Below, piece by piece: positions 19,748 through 27,952 of a stretch of DNA of 64,000 bases. The stretch is from NCBI GenBank assembly GCA_965204535.1, contig OZ241996.1, positions 256,001 to 320,000 of the forward strand, written 5' to 3'. How positions within the stretch are numbered: the first letter of the stretch is position 1; each line of letters begins with the position of its first letter. The translations under genes were made by a program, and so were the position numbers. The DNA comes from a bacterium (lineage in GTDB: Bacteria; UBA8248). The notes beneath the pieces were generated by a model. It worked only from the letters and a program-made list of their open reading frames with translations. It was not told the DNA's origin and ran no database searches.

Positions 19748-20083
19748 TTATGTCTCCGTGTCAGTTGTTTCATCGAGATAGCGGGCGAGGGCATCGAATC
19801 CCTCCTCCCAGAACCGCTGGTGGAAATCGAGCCATTCGGACGCCTCGCGCATCGGTTCGGCATCGAGTCTCAGGCGATGGACGCGGCCTCTTTTTTCCCT
19901 GCGGATCAAACCGGCGCGCTCCAAAACGCGAAGATGCTTCGAGATCGCCGGCAGGGAGATATCAAAAGGGGCGGCCACGCCGGTGACGGTGGCTTCCCCC
20001 CGGGAGAGGCGCGAGAGGATGGCCCGCCTCGTCGGGTCCGAGAGTGCGGAAAAAGTCGCGTCCAGACCGGTTCCTGCGTTCAT
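19748..20083 (-). CDS. ArsR/SmtB family transcriptional regulator
   Basis: FSALSDPTRRAIL...SLPAISKHLRVLERAGLI; typical ArsR-SRPBCC pair. Confidence 0.92.
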   Translation of the reverse strand: MNAGTGLDATFSALSDPTRRAILSRLSRGEATVTGVAAPFDISLPAISKHLRVLERAGLIRREKRGRVHRLRLDAEPMREASEWLDFHQRFWEEGFDALARYLDETTDTET

Positions 20084-20105
20084 GGGTCGGCATACCCTCC
20101 TTTCA

Positions 20106-20473
20106 GGGGGGTGTTGAAAAAGTTTCGTTTTCGCGATTCGGCGTATGGAGCTGGCCGTTTGTAGGGACAACCCCCTGTGATTGTCCTTTGTAGAACAGGG
20201 CATCGGACAGGCACGGGGGCCTGCCCCTACAGTTCTTGCGTTTTGATCGTCATTCCGGCGAAGGCCGGAATGACGGACAGAACCTGAAACCGGGCGGTGC
20301 CGCAGGCTCTCGCCTTGAAAACCAACCCCCCCTACCCCCCCTTGTCAGGGGGGTATAAAAAGGCGAAACCCGCCGCCGGTAGAGGGGCTTTTGTTTTTTC
20401 TTGCCCCCCTGACAAGGGGGGGTAGGGGGGGTTGCCTTTATCCCTTGAGGGAGAGGACTTTTTCAACAACCCC
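20106..20473. mobile_element. MITE-like cassette copy 4 carrying three REP types
   Basis: GGGGTGTTGAAAAAG ... CTTTTTCAACAACCCC ends enclosing a GTAG doublet (20161-20230), CGTCATTCCGGC-GAAG-GCCGGAATGACG (20248-20275) and the long palindrome. Confidence 0.72.
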
Positions 20474-20516
20474 TTCCCGATCGGCTCCAACCCCTCCCTC
20501 CTCGGTCGGGTTGCTT

Positions 20517-21035
20517 CTAAAACGCCCAGCCGAATCCGGTGATGAATCCCCGGAGGTAGCAGATCTGCCCGCAGTACTGGTGATAGTCGGTGGCCACTCT
20601 CCCCAGGTATTCTCCCGTCTTGGCGGCGTTGCCCCCGATGTCGGTCATCTCTTTTTCGAGGTCCTCCGCCGAAAGCGCCTCCAGGGTGGAAAGCGTTCTC
20701 GCCCGGGTGGCGTTGGCGTAGCCGATAACGTCCTGTTTCGTGAACTTGAGACGCATCACCTGTTCGAGCGAATCGCCGAAACCGATTTGTTTGGGCTCGG
20801 GCGGCATGTCGAATTTCTCGTGCCATTTCCCGGCGATCCAGACCTGCTCCTCACCGGCGACGGCCGCCATCGCGCAATCCTCGACCCTCGTCTTGTGCCA
20901 CATCAGCCAGCCGATGGGGTTGTCCTGGTCGCTGGGCCGTTTCATGAGGTCCGCATCGTCGAGGCCCTTCAAGGCCCGTTTCACGAGTCCGTCGCTCATC
21001 TCGAAAGTGAAGGCGATCATCTGCGCTCCGTTCAT
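20517..21035 (-). CDS. DinB family protein
   Basis: NPIGWLMWHKTRVED...HQYCGQICYLRG four-helix pattern. Confidence 0.8.
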   Translation of the reverse strand: MNGAQMIAFTFEMSDGLVKRALKGLDDADLMKRPSDQDNPIGWLMWHKTRVEDCAMAAVAGEEQVWIAGKWHEKFDMPPEPKQIGFGDSLEQVMRLKFTKQDVIGYANATRARTLSTLEALSAEDLEKEMTDIGGNAAKTGEYLGRVATDYHQYCGQICYLRGFITGFGWAF

Positions 21036-21113
21036 GGGAACTCCCCTTTTTAGTAGTGCGTGAAATGATTTCGTGATTCACCATATAACTCCCGGCTTCC
21101 GGTTCCATGCTTT

Positions 21114-21527
21114 TCAGATGAATTTCTCTTCGCGGTGGATGACGCCGATGCAAAGGCCGAACACGCCGAATTGCAGCAGGAGATAGAGCGTTTCCATCCA
21201 GATGAACGCAGACGCCCCCGTCACCTCCTGCTTGGCGACGAAGGCGAGCACGTGAGAAGTCCAGAAGAAGGCGCCGGTGATGAGAGCGAACCTGAACCCT
21301 CGACGAAAGCTGCTTCCCTCGGTTTTCAGCATCGGGAACAGGGCGCAGAGCAGAACGCCCTGGAGCACGATGGTGAGCAGGCCGAGCAGAAAGTTCGGTT
21401 CTCCCTCGAAGTAGCCGAACGATTCGTATCTCTCCTTGAAAAGGAGGACATGCCAGATCACGGCAAGGGAGAAGGTGCAGATCGTATAAGCGGCGGTTCC
21501 CAGGATCAGCTTCTTGGCGTTCATCAT
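21114..21527 (-). CDS. Four-TM membrane protein of unknown function
   Basis: Four hydrophobic helices, WH motif, protein-like composition. Confidence 0.7.
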   Translation of the reverse strand: MMNAKKLILGTAAYTICTFSLAVIWHVLLFKERYESFGYFEGEPNFLLGLLTIVLQGVLLCALFPMLKTEGSSFRRGFRFALITGAFFWTSHVLAFVAKQEVTGASAFIWMETLYLLLQFGVFGLCIGVIHREEKFI

Positions 21528-21703
21528 CACGCCCCCGCGTTCGAATGGGAGGGGGATGGTTTGCACGGTGCAGAAGCCGCGCAGGGCGAACTCCTCTCCG
21601 GGTCGTCTCCCGCTTCGATGGTTCGGCCCGGTATGCCGGAAATGATTCTTGCGCCGCTCATGGAATGCTCCTGTATCAGGTTCGTCATGAAATAACTTAA
21701 TGA

Positions 21704-21719
21704 TTAACCATATGGTTAA
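21704..21719. promoter_or_regulatory. Perfect palindrome, candidate ArsR-family operator
   Basis: TTAACCATATGGTTAA upstream of the leftward membrane protein/DinB/ArsR/SRPBCC run. Confidence 0.65.
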
Positions 21720-21856
21720 CTATATAGCGCTCCGCTCTTCCGGTCAACCTGCCGCCGGGATAGGATTTGCGACCGTCCGTCTTGTCGGGGAGCGGGATAT
21801 GGGCCATGCTTGCGTGGTGTTCGCCTCGCCGCCCGAGGACCGAGACGGGTGAGTTC

Positions 21857-22573
21857 ATGAAATCGTTTCTCTTGAGACCTCTGGCCTGGATGGTCGCCGT
21901 CCTCCTCCTGCCCGCCTGCTGGGGCGCGGCGCTGTCGTTCGGCAAGATCCTCCCGGCCGCTTTTCTCGCAAGCGGCGGGGGTTCATATATGCCTGCGACT
22001 GAGGGCTGGGCTTTCATCGCGGGCGCCTGTGCATACGCCGTCTGGCATCGCTTGCGTCCGCCGGAGTTCCTCTACGCCTTCGTGCACGAGTTCACGCACA
22101 TGGCCTTCGCCCTGCTCACGGGGAAGAAGGTGCGTTCGTTCGAGGTGAACCAGGGGAGCGGGAAGGTGGGCCTGAGCGGAACGAACCCCCTCATCACCCT
22201 CGCGCCGTATTTCTTCCCGCTGCCGACGATAGTGGTGTTGATTCTGGGAGCGTTGCTCGACTGGATTTTCGGATACGAGGAGATTCGCTGGGCGGCGGCG
22301 TTCCTCGCCGGCCTCACGCTGTGCCTGCACGTGCTCATGACGTTCCGCGCGCTGGGCGCGTCGCAGCCCGACATCGCGCGCGGCGGGCGGATTTTCTCAT
22401 GGGTCTTCATCTTCTTCCTGGGTCTCGTATTCATCGGCGGCGCCGCGCTCGTCTCGGTGGGAGGATGGGGGGTGGCGGCCTCCTACGGCGTCTCCATCTG
22501 GCGCGAAAGCCTGGATGCGTATGCGCTGCTCCTCAGCCTGGTGGAGCACTTCGCCTGGAGCCTCGGATTGTGA
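21857..22573 (+). CDS. Membrane metallopeptidase, M50-like
   Basis: FVHEFTH (HExxH), ITLAPYFFP, distal QPD, multiple TM. Confidence 0.75.
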   Translation: MKSFLLRPLAWMVAVLLLPACWGAALSFGKILPAAFLASGGGSYMPATEGWAFIAGACAYAVWHRLRPPEFLYAFVHEFTHMAFALLTGKKVRSFEVNQGSGKVGLSGTNPLITLAPYFFPLPTIVVLILGALLDWIFGYEEIRWAAAFLAGLTLCLHVLMTFRALGASQPDIARGGRIFSWVFIFFLGLVFIGGAALVSVGGWGVAASYGVSIWRESLDAYALLLSLVEHFAWSLGL

Positions 22574-23187
22574 AACAAAACGCCTTCGCATCGCGGTTTC
22601 GAGCCTCTCTGATCGTTTTTCTGCTCCTGATGATTCCGGCCTGCGCCTATGAGGTGTCGACGATACAAGGCGTCGCCAGGCCGGGGCGGATACGGACGCT
22701 TGAGCGTATCGCCGTCGCTCCGTTTCGCTACCCGAGCGACTGGACGGGTCTCTTCCGCGACGTCTACGCGCAGGCGGGGCTCAAGGCGCCCGATGTGAAG
22801 AAAATCGAGATGATAGAGGGCGCCTTTCTGATCCGCGACGCCCTCGCCGCCAAGGGCTATCTGGCGCTTCGCTGGCCGGAGGAACTTGCAAAAATAAAAG
22901 GGGAGGAGTTGCTGGACGCAGCGGGCGGAATCGCCGAGGCCCATCTGGGGGCGCTTAAGCGTTCGGGCGCGCAGGCGGTGGTGATTGCCGGAGGCGGGCG
23001 CACTTGCGAAGACGTCGAAGTGTGCGTCGCCAGGATGGAAATACGTTTGTTGGACTTGGACTCTCGGGAGGCGTTGTGGGTATCGGGGGCCCGCGCGACG
23101 ACGGCGTTTTCCCAGGGGGATGAGATGAAGGCCGCCGTGTCCGAGGCGTTCGACGCCTTTCCCCAAAAATCACCCGCTTCGAACTGA
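22570..23187 (+). CDS. Putative lipoprotein
   Basis: GTG overlapping the previous stop; hydrophobic stretch plus IPAC lipobox; RIAVAPF ... IRLLDLDSREALW pattern. Confidence 0.65.
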   Translation: MKQNAFASRFRASLIVFLLLMIPACAYEVSTIQGVARPGRIRTLERIAVAPFRYPSDWTGLFRDVYAQAGLKAPDVKKIEMIEGAFLIRDALAAKGYLALRWPEELAKIKGEELLDAAGGIAEAHLGALKRSGAQAVVIAGGGRTCEDVEVCVARMEIRLLDLDSREALWVSGARATTAFSQGDEMKAAVSEAFDAFPQKSPASN

Positions 23188-23200
23188 AAGCGGGGGATTC

Positions 23201-23477
23201 GGGTTTGTTGAAAAAAAAACTCTGGAGCGGTGGGGGTACGATTGTTTTGTAGTGACAATTCCTCCTCGGGGTTGTCCCACGGTTCGCGAACCGCCCCTAC
23301 AGCCGTCATTCCGGCGAATGCCGGAATCCAGAGCCGATGAGAGAACCCGGGTTAAGGGAATCCCGCCACCCGCACTGAATCTCCGCATTCCCGCTTTTCT
23401 TCCACTCCCGTTCGCCTGGATTCCGGCTTTCGCCGGAATGACGGCAAACCTCGCGCATTGGACCTTTTCAACGCCCC
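23201..23477. mobile_element. MITE-like cassette copy 5 with GTAG REP and inverted GTCATTCCGGC repeats
   Basis: GGGTTTGTTGAAAAA ... TTTTCAACGCCCC ends; inverted pair 23302-23331 / 23416-23445. Confidence 0.6.
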
Positions 23478-23613
23478 GTTTCCGCCCTTTGGGCACCCCC
23501 CGCCATGACGATTTGTCGTTTTCGTCGGACATATCGTGACAAAATGACAATTTGACCGAACATATATATTGTTATCTAATTGAAAAATAAGGCATATTCT
23601 AATTTCATAGAAA

Positions 23614-23629
23614 TGGCACAGCTATTGCA
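23614..23629 (+). promoter_or_regulatory. Sigma-54 (-24/-12) promoter
   Basis: TGGCAC-AGCTA-TTGCA matches the consensus; AT-rich tract and TGAC/TGTC-rich candidate enhancer region ~23505-23600 upstream. Confidence 0.85.
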
Positions 23630-23640
23630 TATTATAAGAG

Positions 23641-23791
23641 CAAGCTGATTGGGGCGTTCATAGGCGGCACGCCCCGGTTAGCCGGCGAGAGGAGTAGCTG
23701 ATTGGGTCGGCGCTCCTCCGCCACGCAATCATACATCTCGCATCTACCCCCTGCGAGAGCCTCCTCCCGGAGACGGGAGGAGGTTTTTTTT
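23641..23791 (+). ncRNA. Putative sigma-54-dependent structured small RNA, copy A
   Basis: Promoter, three hairpins, intrinsic terminator; no ORF; paralogue at 29139 with covariation. Confidence 0.75.
23758..23791 (+). terminator. Rho-independent terminator of sRNA A
   Basis: AGCCTCCTCCC-GGAGAC-GGGAGGAGGTT followed by T-run. Confidence 0.85.
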
Positions 23792-23930
23792 GGCGGCTTT
23801 CTTGCGCCTCATTTTCCCTTCGCCCGGTTTTCAAGCGCGCCCCTTTGGGTTATGGTGCGGCCCAAGTGAAATCACTCGGCGTATATTCGATGTTGAAAAT
23901 TCATCCATTCAGTGATTAAGGAGTCGAAAA

Positions 23931-24929
23931 ATGGCTACGGACAAGGTGCGCCTCGCCTCTATCGGGCTGGGCTGGTGGGGCGGCGTTCTGGTGGAGGCAC
24001 TCAACCGGAGCGGTTCGGGCGAGGTGGTCACGGGCTTCGCGCGCAGCGAGGACGCCCGCAAGGCGTTTTCCGAGAAACACGGTTGCCGGACGGCGGGCAG
24101 TCTGGACGAGGTGTGGAACGACCCGGAAGTGGAGGGCGTCATCGTCGCGACGCCCCACTCCACGCACCTGGACATGATTTCTTCGGCCGCATCGGCCGGA
24201 AAGCACGTCTTCGTCGAAAAACCGCTGACCCTCACCGTCGATGAGGCCAAGAAGGCGCACGAAGCGACCTCAAGCGCGAACGTCACCTTGCAAGTCGGCC
24301 ATCACCGCCGCCGCTTCGGCGCGAACCGCAAGATGCGCGAGATGATAGATAATGACGAACTGGGTGTGGTGCACCAGGTGGAGGCGAACCTCTCGCTGCC
24401 CATGGGTTTCGAATCCAGGCCGGGATGGCGCAACGACCCCGCCGAATGCCCCGCAGGCTCCATGACGGGCTTGGGCGTCCACATGATCGACAACCTGCAG
24501 TACCTGGTCGGCCCCGCGAAGCGTGTGGCCGCCTTCAGCAAGAAGCTGCTCGGCAAGACGAATCTGGACGATGCGACGAGCATCATCATCGAATACGAGA
24601 GCGGCCCGCTCGGCCATATCGGTTCTTCTTTCGTGGTTCCCAAGATATGCGACACGGCGGCCTTCGGCACGAAGATGAGGGCCTACAGCGAAGAGGAAGG
24701 TGGAAAGCTCTACGTGGCCAAGGTGGGCGAGGAGGCCCGAACCGAGGTCGAGGTCGTGGGCGGAGACGCCCTGGCGGATGAGATGGACGAGTTCTGCAAG
24801 TGCGTCCGGGGCGAGGCGACGCCCGAGACCGGCGGGCCGGAGGGGGTCGAAGTGGTCGCCGTACTCGAGGCGGTCGTCCAGAGCGCGACGACGGGCGAGG
24901 TGGTGGACGTGGCGGCCCTGCGCGGATAG
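23931..24929 (+). CDS. Gfo/Idh/MocA family oxidoreductase
   Basis: IGLGWWG, ATPHSTH, HVFVEKP, GVHMID. Confidence 0.93.
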   Translation: MATDKVRLASIGLGWWGGVLVEALNRSGSGEVVTGFARSEDARKAFSEKHGCRTAGSLDEVWNDPEVEGVIVATPHSTHLDMISSAASAGKHVFVEKPLTLTVDEAKKAHEATSSANVTLQVGHHRRRFGANRKMREMIDNDELGVVHQVEANLSLPMGFESRPGWRNDPAECPAGSMTGLGVHMIDNLQYLVGPAKRVAAFSKKLLGKTNLDDATSIIIEYESGPLGHIGSSFVVPKICDTAAFGTKMRAYSEEEGGKLYVAKVGEEARTEVEVVGGDALADEMDEFCKCVRGEATPETGGPEGVEVVAVLEAVVQSATTGEVVDVAALRG

Positions 24930-24955
24930 CTTTTGGGGATATTCAGGAGGATACG

Positions 24956-27202
24956 ATGGCTCAGATGACGCACGTCGGCGCGTCGCCGACGAAAGAAGAC
25001 GCCCTGGCGAAGGCGGTCGGCGACACGGTCTACGGTGATGACTTCCACATGCCGGGCGAGATTTACGGGAAAGTCGTCCGCGCCTCGATGACGCCGGCGA
25101 GGATCAAGAAGATAGACGCCGGCGAGGCGCTCGCCCTTCCGGGCGTGCACTGCGTCCTGACGGCGAAGGACATTCCCGGCCTGAACGCGGGCCGCTACCC
25201 CGATTACCCGGTGCTGGCCGAAGACCTCGTGGTCGATATCGGAGACGCGGTCGCGCTCGTGGCCGCCGACACGCGGGACCTGGCCGAAGAAGCGGCCTCG
25301 CTCGTGCGCGTCGCCTACGAGCCGCTGCCGGGGGCGTACGACTTCGCCTCCCTTGAAGAGGGCGAGGTGGTCTGCGATTGGAAGGCGGGCAAGGGCGACG
25401 TGGAGGCGGGCTTCGCCGAGGCGGACGTTATCGTCGAGAAGACCTATTTCTCCGCCTGTCTGGATCACGCCTTCATCGAACCAGAAGGCGGCGTGGCCTG
25501 GGTGGACGAGCGCGGGGTGGTGAACATCCGCGTGCCCACGCAGATGATCGAGAACTACCAGAACGTGGCGCGGACGCTGGGATTGCCGCTCAGCCGCGTG
25601 CGGTATGACTGCCCGATGCTGGGCGGGGCGTTCGGGGGCAAGGAGCATCCGCTGCTCGGTGCTTTCATGGCGCTCCTGTCGATCCGCACGGGGCGGCCCG
25701 TGCGCATGGCCTACTCGCGCGAGGAGACCATGAACACCGGCAGCAAGAAGCATCCCTTCCTCATGAAGTACAGGACGGGCGCGACGAAGGACGGAAAGCT
25801 CACCGCCATAGAAGTCGACATCATCGGCGATGCGGGCGGCTATACGGCCAACAGCAAGGGGCTGTTGCTGGGCGCGCTGGTGGTGAGCGCGGGCCCCTAT
25901 GAGATACCCAACGCGCGGGGCCGCTCGCGCGCTGTCCGGACGAACAACCCCTTCACCGAGGCGATGCGCGGCGTGGGCGCGAACCAGGTGTGCTTCGCCT
26001 ACGAGGCGCAGATGGATGAGCTCGCGGAGCGGCTGGGGATGGACCCGCTCGAGTTCCGCGAGAAGAACTTCATCGCCAAGGGCCAGACCCTCATACAGAA
26101 TCAGCCCGTGCCCACGCGCGTGATGCTGCCCGAACTGGCGGAGGAGACGAAAAAGCTCATCGGCCGCTCGGCGGGCCGCGTCCCCGAAAAAGACCACGGC
26201 CCCTGGCGCGTCGGCGTCGGGATCATCGGGAACGTCGGGGGATACGGAAGGCCGAGGAACGAGGGCGAGGTCTACGTGGGCATCGATGAGGACGGCAGCG
26301 TGAGCGTGCGCACCGGCGCTTCGGACGTCGGCGCGGGCCAGACGCAGACGAACCGCCAGATTGCGGCGGAAGCCTTGGGAATAGCGCTCGAGGACGTGAC
26401 GGTGACGATGTCGGACTCCCACGTCACCCCGCTGGTAGGGGTCACTGCAGGATCGCGCCAGACGATGATCTCGGGCGGCGCGTGTTACCGGGCGTCGGCG
26501 GAACTCAAGAACAGAATCCTCAAGGGCGCCGCCGAACTTCTCGAAGCGAACCCTGAGGACCTGGATATCCGCGAAGGCAGGGTGTACGTGAAAGCGGCCG
26601 AAGAGCGCGATGTCTCCTTTAAGGAAGCCGTGGCGCAGTGCAGGAAGATGGGCGTCGACCTCCACGCCGTGGGCAAGACGAAGCTCGGCGTCCACGAATA
26701 CGAGGGCAACGAGCAGTACGGCGACGCGGGCGGCTGGATGGACTACGTGTTCGGCATCCACGCGGCGGAAGTCGAGGTGAACGTCGATACGGGCGAACTC
26801 CGCGTGCTCAACTACTGGTCGGGCCACGACGTGGGCCAGTCCATCAACTTGCAGCACGTGGAAGGCCAGTTCGAGGGCGGCGCGATGATGGGCGTCGGCC
26901 ACGCCCTGACCGAAGAGGTCCTGACGCAAAAGGGCGCGCTCCTGAACAACGAGTTCCACGGCTACCTCATCCCCACCTCGGTGGACACGCCCGAGTGGGA
27001 CAACGTGATCCTGGAATCCGGCGAGGGGCTCGGCCCCTACGGGGCGAAGGGCATCGGCGAGCCCCCCTGCACGGCGGCCGCCGCCGCCGTGGCGTGTGCG
27101 GCGGGCCAGGCGATAGGCGCGCGCCTCACGCGCATCCCCATCACGCCGGACCACGTGCTGGAGGTGCTGGGACGGCTCAAGACGAACGGAAGCCAAGGCT
27201 AG
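24956..27202 (+). CDS. Xanthine dehydrogenase family molybdopterin-binding subunit
   Basis: GGAFGGK, MRGVG, DVGAGQ, AGSR, GAKGIGEP; RBS AGGAGG. Confidence 0.92.
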   Translation: MAQMTHVGASPTKEDALAKAVGDTVYGDDFHMPGEIYGKVVRASMTPARIKKIDAGEALALPGVHCVLTAKDIPGLNAGRYPDYPVLAEDLVVDIGDAVALVAADTRDLAEEAASLVRVAYEPLPGAYDFASLEEGEVVCDWKAGKGDVEAGFAEADVIVEKTYFSACLDHAFIEPEGGVAWVDERGVVNIRVPTQMIENYQNVARTLGLPLSRVRYDCPMLGGAFGGKEHPLLGAFMALLSIRTGRPVRMAYSREETMNTGSKKHPFLMKYRTGATKDGKLTAIEVDIIGDAGGYTANSKGLLLGALVVSAGPYEIPNARGRSRAVRTNNPFTEAMRGVGANQVCFAYEAQMDELAERLGMDPLEFREKNFIAKGQTLIQNQPVPTRVMLPELAEETKKLIGRSAGRVPEKDHGPWRVGVGIIGNVGGYGRPRNEGEVYVGIDEDGSVSVRTGASDVGAGQTQTNRQIAAEALGIALEDVTVTMSDSHVTPLVGVTAGSRQTMISGGACYRASAELKNRILKGAAELLEANPEDLDIREGRVYVKAAEERDVSFKEAVAQCRKMGVDLHAVGKTKLGVHEYEGNEQYGDAGGWMDYVFGIHAAEVEVNVDTGELRVLNYWSGHDVGQSINLQHVEGQFEGGAMMGVGHALTEEVLTQKGALLNNEFHGYLIPTSVDTPEWDNVILESGEGLGPYGAKGIGEPPCTAAAAAVACAAGQAIGARLTRIPITPDHVLEVLGRLKTNGSQG

Positions 27203-27234
27203 ACGAAAAGACTGAATACAGACTCTCCACACAT

Positions 27235-27277
27235 GAAACGCCCCGCACGCGCTGCGGGGCGTTTTTGCGTCTACGGT
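27235..27277 (+). repeat. Hairpin repeat, second copy at 29292-29333
   Basis: GAAACGCCCCGCACGCGCTGCGGGGCGTTTTTGCGTCTACGG versus GAAGCGCCCCGCACGCGCTGCGGGACGTTTCTGCGTCGACGG. Confidence 0.7.
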
Positions 27278-27303
27278 TGCGATAGAAAAATACTTCCCCT
27301 CAT

Positions 27304-27524
27304 GGAGGGTTGTTGAAAAAGCTCCTGAGAGGGAAATCCCATAAAGGCAACCCCCCCTACCCCCCCTTGTCAGGGGGGTATAAAAAGGCGATGCGCCCTC
27401 GCCGGGCTGAGGGGGTTTTGTTTTTTCTTGCCCCCCTGACAAGGGGGGGTAGGGGGGGTTGCTTTTCAGTCGAGAGGGATGCCCCCTCTACCCCCTGACA
27501 AGGGGGCTTTTTCGACAATTCTCC
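27304..27524. mobile_element. MITE-like cassette copy 6
   Basis: GGAGGGTTGTTGAAAAAGC / GCTTTTTCGACAATTCTCC inverted ends around the long palindrome. Confidence 0.75.
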
Positions 27525-27543
27525 CCTCGGTCGGGATCCCACC

Positions 27544-27731
27544 GTAGGGACAGGTCGCGACCTGTCCCTACAAGGCGAATGCGGTTTTGATCGTCATTCC
27601 AGCGTAGTGACATGGCTTCGACGGAAGCGAGGGAGTGTAGGTGGCAGCCCCTCCTCGGGGCTGCCCCACACATAAATGCGACCCTGCTATTTTTGCCGCC
27701 CAGCAATGGGCCGCATGAATGCGGCCCCTAC
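27544..27731. repeat. Cluster of GTAG-type REPs
   Basis: GTAGGGACAGGTCGCGACCTGTCCCTAC (identical copy at 32018-32045), GGCAGCCCC..GGGGCTGCC, GGGCCGCAT-GA-ATGCGGCCCCTAC. Confidence 0.75.
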
Positions 27732-27952
27732 AATTGGTATTCCTGACGAAGGGGAGTGGTTTCGCCTATGCCCGTCATTCCGCCGCACACCGAATTTCCA
27801 CAAGTGGAACCCGGCCCCGTCATAACTACAGATAGGCTGAAATGAAGGAATACGAGAAGCGGCTGCCGTACGAGAATGTGCGGCAACGCCGCTTGTCCAG
27901 CGATACAGAAGAGATTGCGCCGCCGGGATTGAGTGATCGGGGAGGGAAAATC

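Noticed and set aside
23641-23791. tRNA, Y RNA, 6S, SRP or riboswitch identity for the duplicated RNA
   Set aside because: No T-loop or CCA, no long 6S rod, no SRP loop. The downstream genes of the two copies are unrelated, so a shared riboswitch is unlikely though not excluded.
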